32,000 bases of DNA, taken from positions 120,001 to 152,000 of the forward strand of contig NZ_CP076228.1 of NCBI RefSeq assembly GCF_021378375.1, written 5' to 3'. This stretch comes from Wolbachia endosymbiont of Drosophila innubila. Its GTDB lineage: Bacteria > Pseudomonadota > Alphaproteobacteria > Rickettsiales > Anaplasmataceae. Positions within the stretch are counted from its first letter, which is position 1; each line of letters starts with the position of its first letter. The translations under genes and the position numbers were made by a program. This document shows positions 25,812-32,000 of the stretch, piece after piece. The notes below the pieces were generated by a model. It worked only from the letters and a program-made list of their open reading frames with translations, made no database searches and had not been told where the DNA came from.

Positions 25812-27912
25812 TTATCCATTGTTTAACCTGTATGAGGTTAAAATCTGCTACTAAATGAAAGATGGAAACTACATTTTCAAGCAAAGATAATCTGTTTCTT
25901 CTCAGCTTATCAGAATCACAGTTAATCTTTATACTGTCCATAAACTGATTGATAAACGGAGCAAAACCAGCAAGTTCATCAAGTGCTACATTAAAGTGGT
26001 TATTTTTTATCGCTTGTTTTATGTTTTTACAAGCAGTTATAGCACAATTTGATAGCGCAATTTCTTCACTTTCAATCAAAAACCTCTTACCGTAAGATGC
26101 ACTATAAGTAGTGCCATCACTTTTCCTTGCTTTGCTCATCATGTTACTGACTCTTTTGTAAGTGCTTAGAATTTGTTCACCTTCTGGAGTACTAAGATAA
26201 CGATCCAATATAACAGTTCGCTTTTCTGCTGTCAGCAGATCATTAATATCGATTTTATATAGTATTGAATCTACAACATCTTGCCTTATATCTCTATTTT
26301 TTAAAATAACCTTGAATCTTTCTAAGCAAAATCTAAATACTAGTTCTGAAATTTGTTTTCTATTCGGCTTATCAACTGACGCTGTATTTTTATTAAATAG
26401 AAGCCTTGAATATAAAGATACTGACTTGTCTATCATTAGCCTAATTGGAACATGCAAATTATTTTCAAGTATTGTTCTAATTATACCAATTGTCATTCTC
26501 CGCAAACCAAATTGATCATACGAACCAGAGATTTTCTCACCTGCTGCAATTAAACCAACTAAGCTATCCACTTTGTCTGCAATTGACACAGCAATTGCAG
26601 AAGGAGATTTAGGACACTCTTGCTCTGGCCCGATTGGCTTATAATGCTCAGTTATAGCTTCCACTACTTCTTTATCTTCTTGAAAATAAGAAGCATAATA
26701 TCCACCCATTACTCCTTGTAATTCTGGAAACTCTCTGACTATCGATGTTGCCAAATCAGCTTTTGCCAAATATGCAGCACGTTCAACTTTTATCAGCGAA
26801 GCATGTGGAATAAATATAGCTATATACTTTGACAGAGCCGTAATACGCTTCACCTTTTCCCCCACGCTGCCAAGTGAAGCATGAAATAATATCGAACCTA
26901 ATTTTTTGACATAATAATCTAGATTTTCCTTTTTATCTTGAGATATTAAAAATTGGGCATCAGCAAGACGTGCTTCTAATATTCTTTCGTGCCCTTTAAC
27001 AACTTCACCATTGTTGATGTTGACAACAGTGACAAAGTGTGAAATTCTCTTTCCATTACTTAAAGCAAGGTATTTTTGTTGTGTATTAACTATACTAAGT
27101 ATTACTTCCTTCGGTAATCCAAATGACTTTTCTTGATTCACTTCACCAAGCAGTACGATTGGCCACTCTATAAGCCCTGTCAATTCATTTAGTAAATAAT
27201 CATTTTTCTCAAGTTGTAAATTCTGCTCTTTTGTGAATTTATTAATCTGATCTAGTATAAATTGCTTTCTTTTGTCCATTTGGAGAATTACACTGTTTTT
27301 TTCTAGCAATTCAAAATAGTCTTTAGGTGCTTTAACAGTTAACGCTGTACCACTTGAGAGAAATCGATGGCCATATGTTGTGTTAGATGCTGTGATCCCT
27401 GCAAAAGACACAGGTATTATTTCGTCATTTAAAATGCATAAAATGTTTTTGATTGGCCTAACCCACCTTTCTTTTCCTTCGCCCCATCTCATGCTCTTCA
27501 ACCAAGAAAAGTTTTTGAGCATTTCCTCCAGTTGATTTTTGAGGAATTCTCTGATGTTAAATGAGCAGCTTTCTCTTTTAATGAAGTAAAAATCCTCATT
27601 ATTTACTTTTCGAACGAGCAAATCTTCTTCATTTTTCTGATATTTTCTTAAAAAACCTTCGATAGCACTTTTTGGTGCGTTAATGTTTGGTCCCTTAACT
27701 TCGTTATTGGAATCCTTTAGCTCCAAAGCATTTATGTTGTCGACAAATAGGGTAATGCGACGTGCCGTTATAAAAACCTCCATTGATGTAAATTTTACAT
27801 TATTTTTGTTAAAAACATTGGCAATACAGCTTTTAACTTGAGTTGCAACTACATTCTGCATTCTCGGTGGTATTTCTTCTGAAAGGCACTCAAATAATAA
27901 CTGCAACGACAT
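25795..27912 (-). CDS. glyS: Glycine--tRNA ligase beta subunit
   Basis: LLFECLSEEIPPRMQ, LKSMRWGEGKERWVRPIKNIL, GHRFLSSG, ELTGLIEWPIVLLGE, ADKVDSLVGLIAAGEK. Confidence 0.97.
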   Translation of the reverse strand: MSLQLLFECLSEEIPPRMQNVVATQVKSCIANVFNKNNVKFTSMEVFITARRITLFVDNINALELKDSNNEVKGPNINAPKSAIEGFLRKYQKNEEDLLVRKVNNEDFYFIKRESCSFNIREFLKNQLEEMLKNFSWLKSMRWGEGKERWVRPIKNILCILNDEIIPVSFAGITASNTTYGHRFLSSGTALTVKAPKDYFELLEKNSVILQMDKRKQFILDQINKFTKEQNLQLEKNDYLLNELTGLIEWPIVLLGEVNQEKSFGLPKEVILSIVNTQQKYLALSNGKRISHFVTVVNINNGEVVKGHERILEARLADAQFLISQDKKENLDYYVKKLGSILFHASLGSVGEKVKRITALSKYIAIFIPHASLIKVERAAYLAKADLATSIVREFPELQGVMGGYYASYFQEDKEVVEAITEHYKPIGPEQECPKSPSAIAVSIADKVDSLVGLIAAGEKISGSYDQFGLRRMTIGIIRTILENNLHVPIRLMIDKSVSLYSRLLFNKNTASVDKPNRKQISELVFRFCLERFKVILKNRDIRQDVVDSILYKIDINDLLTAEKRTVILDRYLSTPEGEQILSTYKRVSNMMSKARKSDGTTYSASYGKRFLIESEEIALSNCAITACKNIKQAIKNNHFNVALDELAGFAPFINQFMDSIKINCDSDKLRRNRLSLLENVVSIFHLVADFNLIQVKQWINAQAI

Positions 27913-27915
27913 ACG

Positions 27916-28755
27916 CTATTTACTCATGTACAATTCACAACATTTTTTTGTTAGCTCTCTAACTTTACCAATATAAGCTGTACGTTCATTCACACCAAGC
28001 ACACCTCTTGCATCAAGCAGATTAAGTAGGTGACTAGTTTTAATACATTGATCATAGGCTGCCATTGGTAGCTCCTTTTCAATAAGGAACTTACACAATT
28101 TTTCCGTATCTTCGAATTGCTGCCGTACCACTTTAGTATCATAATAATCTAACGCTAGATAAGAAAATTCATATTCTCTTTGTTTAAAAATATCTCCGTA
28201 AGTTACACCGTTATCGTTCCAAATTATATCGTAAACATTATCTACACCTTGTATGCACATTGCTAAACGTTCCAACCCATATGCCACCTCACCAGGAATC
28301 ATCTTGCAGTCAATCCCTCCAACTTGCTGTATATAAGTAAGCTGTGTTACTTCCATTCCATTGCATGTAACTTCCCATCCAAGTCCTGATGCACCAACGC
28401 TCGGATTTTCCCAATCATCTTCAACAAACTTAATATCATATTTTTCTGTAGATATGCCAAGAACTTTTAAGCTATCTAAATAGACGTCTTGTAAATTATT
28501 ACCAGATGGCTTTATTATAACTTGATATTGGTGATGTTGATACAAACGATTAGGATTATCACTATAGCGTCCATCTGCTGGCCTAATTACTGGTTGTAGA
28601 TATGCAATTTTTGCCGGTTTTGTATCAATTGCAGACATAATTGTTGCAGGATGTAATGTGCCAGCACCAACTTCAGATGTGTATGGGTGAAGTATAACAC
28701 ATCCTTCACTAGCCCAAAAATCTTGTAACTCTTTTATTATACTTTGTAAGTTCAC
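27916..28755 (-). CDS. glyQ: Glycine--tRNA ligase alpha subunit
   Basis: [69 protein letters not shown]-type motifs, [23 protein letters not shown]. Confidence 0.97.
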   Translation of the reverse strand: [279 protein letters not shown]

Positions 28756-28799
28756 ACAAATTGTACACTTTTTATACTAAATATATAAATAAATAAGTA

Positions 28800-29558
28800 C
28801 TATTCAATACCTATTTTTTTAACAGTATCATGTAAATAATCACCTAAAACTGCTGAACTTTCCCTCACATACTGAATTATGCTTTTATTTAGGACAATTG
28901 CATCATGCATAGTTAAATCGCAGAATATAAATGCTGTTAAATACAGTAAAATCACCGCATAAAATGTGTGAAAAATCCCCTCAAATGTAATTGACATTGC
29001 ATTATTATAGCTGAGCTGTATTGAACTTATTGGCCATGGTTTTATCACTTCTACGACATTAAAAAATACGTAAGGTATCATAAGAAAAAAGAAAAAGTGC
29101 ATAAAATCATTAAACCAAAATGGGCATTGAAACATCTGCTTACATATATTCCCATAGAGTTTACTTACAGCATAATAAATCGACATCATTGCCGGCATTG
29201 AAAGTGCTACAGTCAGTACTTGCCCTGACGCTATTTGTATTACTATTTCTTCACCACTGTTTGCTGAAGGGTCTTGAGCATGAAAAATAAATATTCCAAT
29301 TAATTGCATTACTAACATAACTATTGCCAATTTTGTAAAAACAGCAGCTACAACTATTCCTGAATTTGGCATTTTATATAGTAAGTATTCGCCTCCATAT
29401 GTAAGAATTAATATAACATCGACAATAAATAATATTAAAAAAGAAGACCAATAGTTCTGCCAACTTGGTAAATATCCTATTCCTAAAAGAGAGCTTACTG
29501 TTTTAGCAGGAAAAACCTTGCCTAGCATCTTTCCCAAAAATTTAAAAAAAATCCCCAT
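28800..29558 (-). CDS. Yip1-domain-like multi-pass membrane protein
   Basis: 252 aa with about 5 hydrophobic segments; similar in pattern to YIP1-family proteins of Rickettsiales. Confidence 0.55.
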   Translation of the reverse strand: MGIFFKFLGKMLGKVFPAKTVSSLLGIGYLPSWQNYWSSFLILFIVDVILILTYGGEYLLYKMPNSGIVVAAVFTKLAIVMLVMQLIGIFIFHAQDPSANSGEEIVIQIASGQVLTVALSMPAMMSIYYAVSKLYGNICKQMFQCPFWFNDFMHFFFFLMIPYVFFNVVEVIKPWPISSIQLSYNNAMSITFEGIFHTFYAVILLYLTAFIFCDLTMHDAIVLNKSIIQYVRESSAVLGDYLHDTVKKIGIE

Positions 29559-29704
29559 GTTCTAAGTAACACTTGGTTTATATTATTTATAATACTGTAT
29601 TGTAACGGACTTATCAACAACTTAAAACATGTATTGGAAAACTTTAAGTAATATGCAGCAACAGTAGAAGAACGTGCGCCAAAAATTTAATAATTTTATA
29701 GGGC

Positions 29705-30700
29705 TTATGCACTTAAATTTTTTGCAATATCAAGTGCAGCGTAAGTGAATATTGCACTTGCACCCGCACGTTTGAAACCAATCAAAGATTCATAAATCAC
29801 CTTGTCATAATCTAGCCAGCCATTATTTGCAGCAGCTTTTATCATTGCGTACTCACCGCTTACTTGGTAAGCAAAAATCGGAAAATTAAACTTATCACTT
29901 GCTGTTTTGATAATATCTAAATATGGCATACCTGGTTTAATCATAATAAAATCTGCACCTTCATTTATATCCATTTCAATTTCGCACATTGCTTCGTGCG
30001 CATTTTTATAATCCATTTGATAACCACTTTTGTCTATAGAATGTGATAGCCCACATGAACCAACGACTTGCCTGAATGGAGCATAGAAGCTAGAGCAGTA
30101 TTTCACTGCATAAGATAATATTAATACGTCTTGAAAGTTGTTATCATCTAATGATTTTCTGATTCTTCCTACTCTACCATCCATCATATCAGAAGGAGCA
30201 ACTATATCACATCCTGCCTTCGCTAAAGCAAGTGCTTGCTTACACAGTACTGATATAGTTTCATCGTTTTCTATATCCATCTGATTATCTTTTAAAATGC
30301 CGTCATGGCCATGAATAGTGTATGGATCCAGTGCAACGTCTGCAATAATACCAATTTCAGGTACCTTTAATTTTACAGCACAAATTGCTCTGCAGATTAA
30401 GTTGTCAGAATTATATGCTTCTTCAGCGTTTTCAAATTTTAGTTTACTATCAACTACAGGAAAAATTGCAACAGCATTAATTCCTAAATCTTTAGCTTCC
30501 TTAACTATAGACACTAATCCATCTATTGAATAACATTTTACGCCTGGTAAGCCAGAAATTGGTTCAGTTGTTTCTTCTCTGTCATGAACAAACAGAGGAA
30601 GAACCAGATCATTTACTGATAAACTATTTTCACTTGTTAAATTGCGAACCCATTTGCTCGAGCGCCTGCGTCTTAATCTTGTATTTGGAAAATTAAACAT
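29705..30700 (-). CDS. hemB: Delta-aminolevulinic acid dehydratase (porphobilinogen synthase)
   Basis: [57 protein letters not shown]-type, [32 protein letters not shown]. Confidence 0.96.
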   Translation of the reverse strand: MFNFPNTRLRRRRSSKWVRNLTSENSLSVNDLVLPLFVHDREETTEPISGLPGVKCYSIDGLVSIVKEAKDLGINAVAIFPVVDSKLKFENAEEAYNSDNLICRAICAVKLKVPEIGIIADVALDPYTIHGHDGILKDNQMDIENDETISVLCKQALALAKAGCDIVAPSDMMDGRVGRIRKSLDDNNFQDVLILSYAVKYCSSFYAPFRQVVGSCGLSHSIDKSGYQMDYKNAHEAMCEIEMDINEGADFIMIKPGMPYLDIIKTASDKFNFPIFAYQVSGEYAMIKAAANNGWLDYDKVIYESLIGFKRAGASAIFTYAALDIAKNLSA

Positions 30701-31718
30701 TGGATCCAGGCAAGTTCCCAGTAAAGAGCAACACCCCTGAAATGAGTATCACCCAAAGCACCGATATTGGTAGAAATACTTTCCAACCAAGGCGCATTAG
30801 CTGATCATATCGATAACGAGGTATTGTTGCTCTAATCCAAATAAATATAAACAAAAGTATAACTATTTTCAAAATGAACCAAATTAAACCTGGAATTTTG
30901 TAAAGTAAACTGAACTCCAGCGGCGGATACCATCCTCCTAGAAAGAATATCGTCATCATAGCACTTGCTAGAATCATATTTGCATATTCTCCAAGAAAAA
31001 AGAGGGCAAAAGGCATGGATGAATATTCAACGTTATATCCAGAGACAAGCTCTGCTTCAGCTTCTGGTAAATCAAATGGGTGACGATTAGTTTCTGCAAG
31101 CAAAGAAATAAAAAATATTATTCCTATAGGCATTAGTAGCAAATCAACCCAAAATGGCATATTGTGTTTCGCTACCACCATCTCTCCAAGATTTAATGTT
31201 CCAGTGGTAATAACGACTGCAGCAACTATTAAGCCTATTGAAACTTCATATGAAATCATCTGAGCAGCCGACCGTATAGCGCCAAGGAATGCATAATTGG
31301 AGTTGCTTGACCAGCCTGCAATAATCACGCCGTATACTCCCAGCGACGATATAGCTAGCACGTAAAGCACTCCAACATTAATATTTGCTATAACCTTAGG
31401 AATAACTACTTGCTGGCCATTTTCTACAATTACTTCAGCACCAAACGGTATAACTGCCCAGGCAATTAATGCCAAGATAAAGGTAAGCATTGGAGCCATA
31501 ATGAACAGTATGGTGCTCGCTCTAAATGGTATTATCGGCTCTTTAATCAGTAGCTTAATAGCATCTGCAAATGGCTGCAATAGCCCAAAAGGTCCAACTA
31601 CACTCGGGCCGTGCCTTAATTGAATTGCAGCAAGGACCTTACGCTCAAAGTATGTCAAATATGCAACTGAAAGTAGTAGCGGTACTAAAATAAATAAAAT
31701 ATTAACTAGTGTGTTCAT
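30693..31718 (-). CDS. nuoH: NADH-quinone oxidoreductase subunit H
   Basis: [93 protein letters not shown]. Confidence 0.98.
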   Translation of the reverse strand: MNTLVNILFILVPLLLSVAYLTYFERKVLAAIQLRHGPSVVGPFGLLQPFADAIKLLIKEPIIPFRASTILFIMAPMLTFILALIAWAVIPFGAEVIVENGQQVVIPKVIANINVGVLYVLAISSLGVYGVIIAGWSSNSNYAFLGAIRSAAQMISYEVSIGLIVAAVVITTGTLNLGEMVVAKHNMPFWVDLLLMPIGIIFFISLLAETNRHPFDLPEAEAELVSGYNVEYSSMPFALFFLGEYANMILASAMMTIFFLGGWYPPLEFSLLYKIPGLIWFILKIVILLFIFIWIRATIPRYRYDQLMRLGWKVFLPISVLWVILISGVLLFTGNLPGSNV

Positions 31719-32000
31719 AAAAAGCTTTAGTACAATCTGCCATTATTTTTGAAGCGCGACTTATTGAATCCGTCATATAAAAATTACACTCCTTTAAAGT
31801 AAAAGGTGTATCACTTAAATTTATTTTACCATTGCTAATTGGCACCCATGTGTTTTTTATCACTTGATCAGCATTTCTAAACTGTGGACCGATAGTATCT
31901 AATTTTTTTCTCACGTCAAATAAACTATCATATGGTAAGGAGAGATCCAAATATTGCGAGAGATTTTTAATAATTAACCAGTCCTCCTTTGCTTCACCTG
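31702..32000 (-). CDS. nuoG: NADH-quinone oxidoreductase subunit G, C-terminal part, runs off the window end
   Basis: Frame is open to 32000: ...[33 protein letters not shown]...[17 protein letters not shown]; position directly upstream of nuoH. Confidence 0.85.
   Translation of the reverse strand, partial: GEAKEDWLIIKNLSQYLDLSLPYDSLFDVRKKLDTIGPQFRNADQVIKNTWVPISNGKINLSDTPFTLKECNFYMTDSISRASKIMADCTKAFYEHTS

Overview
The gene content and synteny fit a Wolbachia (alphaproteobacterial endosymbiont) chromosome segment; this is inference from protein families, with no search run. Housekeeping genes supported by their translations are: sspB, a permuted two-piece ssrA (tag ANDNFAAEDNVDAIAA), cvpA-like, ribE, pheS, glmU, rplU, rpmA, tRNA-Ile(GAT), metK, coxC, ruvC, ruvX/yqgF, gatB, cysS, tatA, an fbpC-like ABC ATPase, tRNA-Arg(CCT), uvrC, glyS, glyQ, hemB, nuoH and the 3' part of nuoG. 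The accessory part contains: (i) an ORF combining an N-terminal PD-(D/E)xK-like nuclease motif set, a remnant STAND/NB-ARC C-terminal half with no visible P-loop, and about 5 ankyrin repeats, with an in-frame TAG seven codons after a likely original start; (ii) an IS5-like element of about 912 bp inserted in codon 15 of one of two tandem tenA-family genes, with a readable TAA target duplication and a second paralogue that has lost catalytic residues; (iii) a hypothetical gene split into three ORFs, both junctions lying at A6 homopolymers; (iv) a 747-bp-offset tandem duplication of an exoD-family gene carrying a relic of the cysS 5' end; (v) a 7 x 23-bp tandem repeat and two roughly 1 kb inverted, composite intergenic repeat blocks with palindromic units. 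ssrA lies immediately upstream of sspB, which encodes the adaptor that delivers ssrA-tagged proteins to ClpXP.
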